Origin: Meiothermus sp.
GTDB taxonomy: Bacteria > Deinococcota > Deinococci > Deinococcales > Thermaceae
Direction: 5' to 3'
Assembly (NCBI GenBank): GCA_033762915.1
Contig: JANRLD010000042.1
Location: 128,001-192,000, forward strand
DNA: 64,000 nt
A model generated the notes under the pieces. It was not told the DNA's origin. It did no database searches and saw only the letters and a program-made list of their open reading frames with translations. This document shows, piece after piece, positions 38,789 to 46,853 of the stretch. The position numbers and the translations under genes are program-made. Each line of letters begins with the position of its first letter. The stretch's first letter is position 1.

Positions 38789-39595
38789 TCAGTTGTTTTC
38801 GGAAGGGCGGGTTATTTGGCTGGCGGCCTGCTGCCAGTCTCCGCTGCGGGCCAGGCTGGTGCCCACCAGCACGGCGTCGCAGTGCTCGCGCACGGCGGCC
38901 AGTTGGTCGGGGTGGCTGTAGCCCGACTCGGCCACCAGCAGCCCCTCGAAACCCTGCTTGCGGGCTTTTTTCGCCAGGATGGGGGCGGTGGTGAGGTCTA
39001 TCTTGAGGTCTACCAGGTTGCGGTTGTTGATGCCGATGATCTCGGCCCTGGCCTCTAGGGCCAGATCCAGCTCGTAGGGGTCGTGCACCTCTACCAGGGC
39101 GTCAAGGCCCAGGGCCTTGACCAGGCGCACATATTCGCCGGTGTGGCGCCCCAACACCGCCACGATCAAGAGTACCGCCGAGGCCCCCAGCGCCCTGGCC
39201 TCGGCCACCTGGCCGGGGTGAACGGTGAAGTCCTTGCGCAGTACCGGCACCCGAACCGCCGAGCGTACCTCGAGCAAGTCCTTGTCGCTGCCCAGGAAGT
39301 AGTGCGGCTCGGTGAGGACGCTGACCGCCCTGGCCCCCCCCTTCACGTAGTCCCGGGCCACCTTGGCGGCCTCGAGCTCAACCGCGATCTCGCCCTGCGA
39401 GGGGCTCTTGCGCTTGACCTCGGCGATCAGGGAGAGGCCCGGCTGGGCCAGCGCCGCCTTGAACGCGGGCGGGGGCTCGGTCGAGGCCACGAACGAGGTG
39501 TGCTCGAGGTAGCTCGAGACCTCTTTATAGCGGCGGCGGGCGATCTCGCCCAAGACGCCGGGAACATACGACAACTCCAGCCGATCCGCAATCAT
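38789..39595 (-). CDS. trpC: Indole-3-glycerol phosphate synthase
   Basis: IAEVKRKSPSQG, SVLTEPHYF, LRKDF, LVEVH, GINNRNL, VAESG. Confidence 0.95.
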   Translation of the reverse strand: MIADRLELSYVPGVLGEIARRRYKEVSSYLEHTSFVASTEPPPAFKAALAQPGLSLIAEVKRKSPSQGEIAVELEAAKVARDYVKGGARAVSVLTEPHYFLGSDKDLLEVRSAVRVPVLRKDFTVHPGQVAEARALGASAVLLIVAVLGRHTGEYVRLVKALGLDALVEVHDPYELDLALEARAEIIGINNRNLVDLKIDLTTAPILAKKARKQGFEGLLVAESGYSHPDQLAAVREHCDAVLVGTSLARSGDWQQAASQITRPSENN

Positions 39596-39765
39596 CTATT
39601 TAGTGTACCGCCAAAGCGGCGCGGCACGGTTTAGGTCGTCATGACAACTGGATTGAGATTTGGTTAAGGGCGTGCTGAGGTCCGCCCTTTCCGTCCGCCA
39701 CCGGCGGACCGCGATAGGGAGTACATTACCTGCCGCCTCGAGGGAGGTCATGGTGGGAAGCGCGA

Positions 39766-40362
39766 TCAGCCCCTGTGGATTAAGAAATGACAGGCCCGCT
39801 TCCCGTCGCGCTGGCAGAAGGGGCGCTCGGCCTCGAGGCCGGTGGCCCGCCCGATCACCCGGGCGGGCAGGTCGCAGACCGCCTCGAAGCGCTGGCCGGT
39901 GGCGTAGTAGAGGCAGTTGTAGGCCTTAAGCTCCCACCCGCTCGGGGTCTCCTCGAGCTGCCCCAGCATGTCGCCGTAATCCATGTACTCCAGGAGTGCG
40001 GCCAGCTTGGCGCTGCCCTCGAGGCCCGCCAGCTTGCGCCGCAGCTCCGCCGCCATCCCCTCGGCCACCCCCTCGAGCAGCCGCCCGATCAGCCCCTCGG
40101 CCTCGGCCTGCCCCAGCACCGCGTCCAGCAGCTCGGGGTAGCGCTTGGGGAACAGCCCCTCCGAGGCCTGGGTCAGCCGGTACACGGTGGCGGGGCGGCC
40201 CTTGCCCTCGCGGCGCTGCTCCTGGGTCAGCCAGCCCTGCTGCATGAGGCGGGTCAACTGGTGCCGCACGGCGGTTTCGGACAGCCCCAGGGCCGCCCTA
40301 AGCTCGCGGATGGTGGTGGGGCCGCCCTGCTTGAGGTGTTCAATTAGCTGGCGTGAACTCAC
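39766..40362 (-). CDS. HTH transcriptional regulator with C-terminal Cys cluster (SufR-like)
   Basis: LGLSETAVRHQL, GRPATVY, FPKRY, then NC...CDL...C...CHF. Confidence 0.75.
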   Translation of the reverse strand: MSSRQLIEHLKQGGPTTIRELRAALGLSETAVRHQLTRLMQQGWLTQEQRREGKGRPATVYRLTQASEGLFPKRYPELLDAVLGQAEAEGLIGRLLEGVAEGMAAELRRKLAGLEGSAKLAALLEYMDYGDMLGQLEETPSGWELKAYNCLYYATGQRFEAVCDLPARVIGRATGLEAERPFCQRDGKRACHFLIHRG

Positions 40363-40470
40363 GGGGACATTTTACTCTATTTTCACTATAGATTTAGTGT
40401 GTAACCTGCGTTAAGTTTAGGGCAGAGGTCGCAGGGGACCGGACGCGACCTTCGCCAAAAGGAGGGCTAT

Positions 40471-40683
40471 ATGAAACTCAACGAGAGCAACACCGACCGC
40501 ATTATCCGGGTGGTTCTGGCCGTGGTCTTTTTCGTCCTGGCCTTCGGCCCGCTGAGCGGAATCTGGGCGGTGGTGGCGGGCGTGCTGGGCGTGGTCATGC
40601 TGGGCACCGCCGCCGTTGGCTTCTGCCCGTTGTACGCGCTCTTCGGCATCAACACCTGCCCGGTGGACCAGCGCAAGGCGTAG
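40471..40683 (+). CDS. DUF2892 (YgaP-like) membrane protein
   Basis: NESNTDRIIR; GFCPLYALFGINTC; RBS AAAGGAGG. Confidence 0.9.
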   Translation: MKLNESNTDRIIRVVLAVVFFVLAFGPLSGIWAVVAGVLGVVMLGTAAVGFCPLYALFGINTCPVDQRKA

Positions 40684-40692
40684 CGCTAAAGG

Positions 40693-40780
40693 CCCCTCAC
40701 CCCCGGCCCCTCTCCCAGCAGGAGAGGGGATCGCACTTTAAACCCTTCTCCCCCTGGGAGAAGGGCTGGGATGAGGGCCT
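40693..40780. repeat. REP-like double hairpin
   Basis: CCCCTCACCCCGGCCCCTCTCCCAGCAGGAGAGGGG followed by CCCTTCTCCCCTGGGAGAAGGGCTGGGATGAGGG; preceded by GCGCTAAAG. Confidence 0.75.
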
Positions 40781-40799
40781 CTTTTGGTACGATGCCGGC

Positions 40800-41180
40800 A
40801 TGAAACATGTCATCAAGACCGACCAGGCCCCCACCGCCTCCTCGCCCTTCTCCCAGGGCTGGCGGGCCGGCGACTTCGTCTACACCTGCGGCTGTGGCGG
40901 CGAGGACCCGGTGACCGGCGAACTGGTCGAGGGCGGGATCGAGGCCCAGACCCGCCAGACCCTGCTTAACATCCAGGCCATCCTGCGGGCGGCCGGGGCC
41001 GAGCTCTCCGACGTGGTCAAGGTCACCGCCCACCTCACCGACCTGGCCAACGCGCCCGCCTACAACCGGGTATATACCGAGTTTTTCCCCGGCGACAAGC
41101 CTGCCCGCACCACCGTGGGCAGCCAGCTTTTGGGCGGCTTTCTGGTGGAGATTGACGTGGTGGCCTACACCGGCAAGTAG
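40800..41180 (+). CDS. ridA: RidA/YjgF family reactive-intermediate deaminase
   Basis: PFSQG, EAQTRQTL, VVKVT, PARTTVG, VEIDVVA. Confidence 0.88.
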   Translation: MKHVIKTDQAPTASSPFSQGWRAGDFVYTCGCGGEDPVTGELVEGGIEAQTRQTLLNIQAILRAAGAELSDVVKVTAHLTDLANAPAYNRVYTEFFPGDKPARTTVGSQLLGGFLVEIDVVAYTGK

Positions 41181-41187
41181 GCCGGAG

Positions 41188-43659
41188 CTACTTGATCTGC
41201 CGGGTGATGGTGGGGTCGGTGATCTTGCCATCGGCGGCCAGCAGGAAGGCTTTGGAGAGAATCACCGACAACGTGCGGTCGCCCTCGAAAGGCAGGAAGA
41301 CCGGACTCGAGACCTCGCTGCTTTGGCTGGGCACGATGCAAAGGTACTGGTCGTTGGGCTCCATCAGGATGTTGCCCGAGCCCAGGTGAATCTTGTAGGT
41401 CCGGAGGCTGCCCCGCACCTTCAGGAAGCAGCCCTCGAGTTCGCACTGCCCGGCGATCTTCAGGCGGGGCAGCAGGCGCGAGAGCAGTTCCTTGCGGGTC
41501 TGGGCGCTGGCGCTCAGCTCGCCGAAGCTGTAGGACTGCCAGTAGTCGCGGTAGCGCCCCTGTGGCCCGCCATCCTGCCAGGTGGGGTCGTTGCCGACGC
41601 TGCACACGCCCACGAACAGGTCCACGTCGCGCATGACCTCGGAGAAAACCAGCGGGGGGATTTGCTCCAAGGGGATTGGGTCAGGCAGCCGTGCCCAGCC
41701 CGCCGGTGGTGTCCCTTGGTTATGATTGACGCGGAAGAATCGCATTTGGTCTGTGGTGACGAGGTTATACACGCTACCGCTCACCTCGTCGTCAGCCTCC
41801 ACAGGTTCTACCCAAAATTCCACCCGCAATCCATGCCCAGGCAAATCCAGGCAAGGGGTATTATGGCTGTCCCAGCGCCCCATCAAGCTGTATCTCCAGT
41901 TCCGCTGTTGGGCTAAAGCGTGGAACTGGTGCTGACGGATTACGTGGGCCGCAAAACGGTTGGAGTAGGTCTGAGTGTGTCGTTCTGCATCCGTGAGCAG
42001 ATAAATCTCACGGTAGGCCTGCTTGAAGGGTTGGGTGATTTCGTTCCTCTCAAGGAACTCTCTCCAGACCAGAACCTTAGAGGCAGGGCTGAAAACCGGA
42101 TGCCAAGGTGAGACAGTTGTGGCAGAGTCGAGTGAATCCAGAGGATGCCCTTGCGCATCTACGAACTGACCACCGAGCCAGACACCTGCTCGAGCCTGCT
42201 CCCCCGATCCGAGCCGCCAGATCAAACGGTGGGCCAGATACGACATCAGTTGGTGCTCGAGGTAGCGCTCTTTGAAGGTCGAGTAGCTCCAGCAGCGCCC
42301 GGACACCGCCAAGCGTTCCAGGCGATCGCGCTGAGCGTTCAGGGCCTTACCGATGGCATCCGTTAGCTGGAGCAATGCCTTGTACTCGGCTTTATGGCTA
42401 CGCTTGACCTCAGCCGGCACCGACTTACGCTGCCTGTCTTGAGCGTCAAACCAACTGACCGTAGCACCCAAACCGCTCAGGTTAATCCAGGCGTGGAATT
42501 CCCCGAAATCCACCCGACGTTTGCCCTCGACGAGATCAAATTTCGGAACACCCAATTCCTCGAGATCTTCTTTAGATAGACCTGACCTCACCGCCGCCTG
42601 AGCCATTGCTTTTTCAACGTAAGCTCTCTGTGAGGGTTTTTTCAGTACTTGTCTTAGGCGCTCGAGCTGCCCAACACCCCACAGGTTGGGCATCGCCGAC
42701 AGGGCTGCCACGCATGCGTTACCCACCTTGGTAGAGCGGGCCCCAATATTGCGAATCTTTCTGAAGCTCGCAAGCGCCGCAGTTCCCACAGCTACGGAGG
42801 CATCGAGCCTGGTCAGAACAGTGCATGACCAAACCAACCCCTTCAGTAAGTCTGCGTTCTGCTCGCCGACGATCGCTCCACCTCTGGGTTGGTAGTTGAA
42901 GGCGGGCTCGTAGACTGCAGGCTCTCCTGAGGTGTTCTGGAGAAAGCCAAGCCATCGTGAAACGTGTGCGTAAAACGCTTGCTCCCCTACCGTTCCAACC
43001 AGCCGTTCGGCCTTCTTTAGCCAGGCCTTCGACGGATTGGCTGACCCTATATTCGAGCAGAGGGCAAATAGCTCCAAACTCCACTCGCTTTCCTCAGGCG
43101 GCAAGTTTTGCAGGTCGGTCGTCATTTGCGCGCCCCAGTCGTCTATGTCGAACACCGAGGAGAGAGCGTCGTTTGCCAGTAACGCGTCCACTAAGCGAAT
43201 GCAAAGACGCATTTCGTTGGTGTCAGATTGGTTTAAAGCTGTTTGTCGAATTCGGGTCAAATCCTCTCGAACAGAAGGGGCTAAGTTCTCTTTGTCGAAT
43301 CGGTTGAGAAGACTCTCGAGCAAACCAAATGTGAGGAGTTCGGGTGCTGTGCTAGCTAGCTGATTGAGAAGTTGTGCAGTTTGTTCGGTCGGAAGATGAT
43401 TGAGAGACTTGGATAACTGATTATGCAAATCGTATAGGGTGCTGAACACCTTCCACGAGTCGTCCATTACTTCGCCCAATCCCAACATGATTGGGCTCAA
43501 CTGCTTGATGGCGATAACGCGAACGATGGGCGCAGAATCCAGCAAAAAACGGGCCGACGGATAGCGCTCAAAACTCAAATCGAGGCTTAGCCCAGAGGGA
43601 TTTTGATTAACTTCTTCAAGCAGTTTACCGAGGTGGCTCGCTACCTCTCGAGCGTCCAT
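41188..43659 (-). CDS. DUF4132 domain-containing protein
   Basis: HPV...WREFLERNEITQPFKQAYRE; SNRFA; IPPLVFSEVMRDVDLFV; YKIHLGSGNILMEP; DPTITRQI. Confidence 0.85.
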   Translation of the reverse strand: MDAREVASHLGKLLEEVNQNPSGLSLDLSFERYPSARFLLDSAPIVRVIAIKQLSPIMLGLGEVMDDSWKVFSTLYDLHNQLSKSLNHLPTEQTAQLLNQLASTAPELLTFGLLESLLNRFDKENLAPSVREDLTRIRQTALNQSDTNEMRLCIRLVDALLANDALSSVFDIDDWGAQMTTDLQNLPPEESEWSLELFALCSNIGSANPSKAWLKKAERLVGTVGEQAFYAHVSRWLGFLQNTSGEPAVYEPAFNYQPRGGAIVGEQNADLLKGLVWSCTVLTRLDASVAVGTAALASFRKIRNIGARSTKVGNACVAALSAMPNLWGVGQLERLRQVLKKPSQRAYVEKAMAQAAVRSGLSKEDLEELGVPKFDLVEGKRRVDFGEFHAWINLSGLGATVSWFDAQDRQRKSVPAEVKRSHKAEYKALLQLTDAIGKALNAQRDRLERLAVSGRCWSYSTFKERYLEHQLMSYLAHRLIWRLGSGEQARAGVWLGGQFVDAQGHPLDSLDSATTVSPWHPVFSPASKVLVWREFLERNEITQPFKQAYREIYLLTDAERHTQTYSNRFAAHVIRQHQFHALAQQRNWRYSLMGRWDSHNTPCLDLPGHGLRVEFWVEPVEADDEVSGSVYNLVTTDQMRFFRVNHNQGTPPAGWARLPDPIPLEQIPPLVFSEVMRDVDLFVGVCSVGNDPTWQDGGPQGRYRDYWQSYSFGELSASAQTRKELLSRLLPRLKIAGQCELEGCFLKVRGSLRTYKIHLGSGNILMEPNDQYLCIVPSQSSEVSSPVFLPFEGDRTLSVILSKAFLLAADGKITDPTITRQIK

Positions 43660-44049
43660 CTACCCACCCACCAATGGAACCAGCTTCAAGAACGTCACCT
43701 CGGTGCCGGTCTTCAGCTCAATGCGTGCGTCCAAATCGTCCACCTGACGGTCGTCCACCAGCACCACAAACCCCAGCCGCTCGAAGGCCTCGAGCGCCTT
43801 CGCGCACTGCGCCTCCCAGTCCAGCTTGCGCCCCGGCTTCAGGCGGTAGCCGTTGAGGGTCTGCTCAGCATCAGTGGGTTGCACCAAGCCCCGGAAATGC
43901 TCGACCTGCCGGGCGTTGAACTCCTTGACCTCCTCGTAGACCCGGCGGCGGATGAACTCGCGCAGGGTGAGGGTTTCGTCGAGGAACTCGAGGGTCCAAT
44001 TGTTCTTCCGGCCGGTCGTCGTTTCGTCCACTATCGTTACGGTCGCCAT
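43660..44049 (-). CDS. Small protein with MoaD/ThiS/ubiquitin-like C-terminus ending in GG
   Basis: RBS GAGGTG before ATG 44049; ends VLVDDRQV...TEVTFLKLVPLVGG-stop; its TAG abuts the DUF4132 ATG. Confidence 0.8.
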   Translation of the reverse strand: MATVTIVDETTTGRKNNWTLEFLDETLTLREFIRRRVYEEVKEFNARQVEHFRGLVQPTDAEQTLNGYRLKPGRKLDWEAQCAKALEAFERLGFVVLVDDRQVDDLDARIELKTGTEVTFLKLVPLVGG

Positions 44050-44125
44050 CCTGTTCACCTCGAGTTCATTATGTTCTTAGCATAAATTGTACTCGAGACC
44101 GGGGCAAAGTCAAGCCAGAATGACC

Positions 44126-45121
44126 CTAACGCGGTGGAATCAGCGCTTCTAGGAGCGGTTTGCGCCACTCGTCCATCAGGCGGTCGTAGGCCCCGAAGCC
44201 CGCGCCGAACTCCCAGTAGGCCCAGCTGAAGCCGCGCTTCTCGAGTTCCGAGCGCACGAAGGCTGTCCAGGCCACGCGGCTGGCGGGGTCGGCCTTGGAG
44301 TAGGAGCCGAACTCGCCCACGTAGATGGGTCGGTTGTTCTGCTGGCCCCACTGCTGGGCCTTGTCGAGGGTCTGGCGCATACGGGCCTGGTCGTCGGCGC
44401 TGGGGAACCGCCGGCCCACCGGGGGGGCGGGATTGACCCACTCCGCACCCTGGTGGGTGAACTCGAAGGGGTCGTAGAAGTGGACGGTCACGATCAGGTT
44501 GGGGTCGGCGGGGAGGGTCAGCCGGTCGAGGTGGGTGACGTTGTTCCACCAGACCGGCCCCACGATCACTGCCCGGGTGGGGTTGGTCTGGCGCACGGTC
44601 GCCAGGGCCTTGGGCAGCAGGGCGTTCCAGAGGGCGGGGTCGTCGTTGAACTTGCCGTGCGGCTCGTTGAGCAGCTCGAAGAGGACGGTGGCGGGCTGGC
44701 TCTTGTAGCGCTCGGCCAACTGCCGCCAGATGGCCAGGTAGCGGGCCTCCTCGGCGGCGGGGTTGGCGTTGAGGGGGTCGTGGTGGTGGAGGTTGAGCAC
44801 CACCCGCAGCCCGCGCTGGGTGGCCTGAGCGATGGCCCAGTCCACCCGGGCCAAGAACTCCGGCCGGATGGCGTGGGGCGGGCTGCCGGCGGCGTGGTGG
44901 GTCCAGCTCACCGGCAGGCGGAGGTGGTTGAAGCCGGCCTGCTTGACCAGATCGAAGTAGCGCTCTTCCAGCCGCAGCCCCCAGGCCCCCTCCGAGGGGG
45001 CCTCGAGGGCGTTGCCGAAGTTGATCCCGCGCCCCAGCAGGCGGTTTTGCTCGAGGATGTTCTGCGCTAGAGCCATGTTCAATGCCCCCACGACGATCAG
45101 GCCGGCCATAAAAAATTTCAT
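44126..45121 (-). CDS. Secreted GH5 endoglucanase/cellulase
   Basis: Signal peptide; RGINFGNALEAP, LRLPV, LLNEP, VHFYDP, YVGEFG, WAYWEF. Confidence 0.92.
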   Translation of the reverse strand: MKFFMAGLIVVGALNMALAQNILEQNRLLGRGINFGNALEAPSEGAWGLRLEERYFDLVKQAGFNHLRLPVSWTHHAAGSPPHAIRPEFLARVDWAIAQATQRGLRVVLNLHHHDPLNANPAAEEARYLAIWRQLAERYKSQPATVLFELLNEPHGKFNDDPALWNALLPKALATVRQTNPTRAVIVGPVWWNNVTHLDRLTLPADPNLIVTVHFYDPFEFTHQGAEWVNPAPPVGRRFPSADDQARMRQTLDKAQQWGQQNNRPIYVGEFGSYSKADPASRVAWTAFVRSELEKRGFSWAYWEFGAGFGAYDRLMDEWRKPLLEALIPPR

Positions 45122-45431
45122 GGGCTTAGTGTATTGGGTTGGGCCTGGTTTTGGGGCTTGTCGCGTTTCCCACCCTAACCTCCCTCGCGGCGGCAGGTAA
45201 TGACTCCTTCCAGCAAAAACCGCTGTAGGGAGGTGCGTGGGAACCGCTCTAAGCCGGGAAGGGTCAGGCCCAGCCCCACTTGTCCGCGACAGCCCAGTGC
45301 CCCAACCTACCGCAACCCACCAGAGGAGCCGTCCTTGATGCGCTTGTTACCGGCGCATGCATCCCCCGACCCTGCCCCAAGACACTATGAAAAACAAAGC
45401 ACGATGCTACCTTCGAGGCAGGGTGAGCACT

Positions 45432-45827
45432 ATGCCAGTAAACGGGGCCGCACAACAAGTCGAGGAAACCCTAACCCAGTGGGAGGGCGTCGAGGCCGTA
45501 CCGCACCGTTTTGGCGGGCGGGAGTATCGGATCGGGAAGCGGGAACTCGGGCACATCCACGGCGACAGGCTGGTGGACATTCCCTTCCCAATCAGGGTGC
45601 GCGACGAGGTGGTGGCGGCTGGGCTGGCCGAGCGCCACCACATTCTGCCCGACAGCGGCTGGGTTTCCAAATGGCTGCGCGTCCCCGAAGACGTAGCAAC
45701 TGCCCTCGAGCTGCTCAGGCGCTCTTACCAGCTGGCGCTCGAGCAGAAGGCCCGCCGCGAACTCAGGGCAGCAGGGAGTTCAGCTGGCCGACCAGATGCT
45801 GCCACTGAGCCAGCGCATCGGGGCTGA
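45432..45827 (+). CDS. DUF5519 / luciferase-like family protein
   Basis: HRFGGREY, ELGHIHG, HHILPDSGWV. Confidence 0.8.
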   Translation: MPVNGAAQQVEETLTQWEGVEAVPHRFGGREYRIGKRELGHIHGDRLVDIPFPIRVRDEVVAAGLAERHHILPDSGWVSKWLRVPEDVATALELLRRSYQLALEQKARRELRAAGSSAGRPDAATEPAHRG

Positions 45828-45885
45828 AATTGGGCGCGGTGATCAGCACCGCCAGCAGGGTCAGACGCAATACTTTCTGCAGCAT
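45763..45885 (-). CDS. Putative 40-aa small hydrophobic protein (below the ORF-track cutoff)
   Basis: MLQKVLRLTLLAVLITAPNFSPDALAQWQHLVGQLNSLLP; GGAGG 5 nt upstream; TTGAAT-18-TATAGT promoter with extended TG. Confidence 0.6.
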   Translation of the reverse strand: MLQKVLRLTLLAVLITAPNFSPDALAQWQHLVGQLNSLLP

Positions 45886-46081
45886 GGCTGCCTCCGTGCG
45901 TTCCTCAATTCTGACTATAACAGAACATGCCCCGACAATTCAACTCGAGCCTTCATGTATTTGAGAACTTTTTGGTTAAGTATTGCGGCATAATGGCCGA
46001 GCCTGGGGCTCACTCGAGTACTCCCTGGCAGGTTTTCTCCTCCGAACCCACCTCAACGCGCCGCTACGTCCAAGGAAAACT

Positions 46082-46723
46082 ATGTCGCCGAACCTTAAAC
46101 GCACCACCGAAGAACTTTGGAACACCCTCACCCACGGCGTTGGCGCCGTCGCCAGTGTGGCGGCGGGGGCGGTATTGATCGTGTTCGCCTCGCTCTACGG
46201 CAACGCCACGCAGATCGTGGGGGCCTCGGTATTTGTGGCGGCCCTGGTTCTGCTGTATACCGCCTCGGCGGTGTACCACGGGGTGCTGCACCCGCTATGG
46301 AAGCGGCGGCTCGAGATCCTCGACCACAGCGCCATCTATGTGCTGATCGCGGGCACCTACACCCCCTTCCTGCTGGTCACGCTCAACGGCCCCTGGGGCT
46401 GGAGCCTGTTCGGGGTGGTGTGGGGGCTGGCGGTGGTGGGGATCGGGTTCAAGCTGTTCTTCACCGGGCGCTTCGAGCTGGTCTCGACCCTGATCTACGT
46501 GCTGATGGGCTGGCTGATCGTTGTCGCGATCCAGCCCCTAATGGCCTCCATCTCGGCCTGGGGAATGGCCTGGCTGGTGGCGGGCGGGCTGGCCTATACG
46601 GCAGGCACCTTCTTCTACCTGAACAAGAAGATGCGCTTCGCCCACCCCGTCTGGCACCTCTTTGTGCTGGCCGGGAGCGTCTGCCACTTCGTGTCGGTCT
46701 GGTCGCAGGTGGTGCCGGGCTGA
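46082..46723 (+). CDS. Hemolysin III (PAQR/TrhA) family membrane protein
   Basis: NTLTHG, SAVYH, DHSAIYVLIAGTYTPF, HPVWHLFV, CHF. Confidence 0.92.
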   Translation: MSPNLKRTTEELWNTLTHGVGAVASVAAGAVLIVFASLYGNATQIVGASVFVAALVLLYTASAVYHGVLHPLWKRRLEILDHSAIYVLIAGTYTPFLLVTLNGPWGWSLFGVVWGLAVVGIGFKLFFTGRFELVSTLIYVLMGWLIVVAIQPLMASISAWGMAWLVAGGLAYTAGTFFYLNKKMRFAHPVWHLFVLAGSVCHFVSVWSQVVPG

Positions 46724-46853
46724 GCTGGCCTTCTCGACAGGCCCTGCGAACGCCGGCCGGTTGAGGCCCGCTTGAAGCGGCCTTCGGGCCCGACCAGCGG
46801 TCACCTTTCCATCGGCTGGCACCGCTCCGGGTAACATAGCGCTGGGTGGCAGG

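Noticed and set aside
38789..39595. Stand-alone trpC as an anomaly
   Set aside because: Scattered trp genes are common; the gene is intact and has its own leaderless promoter
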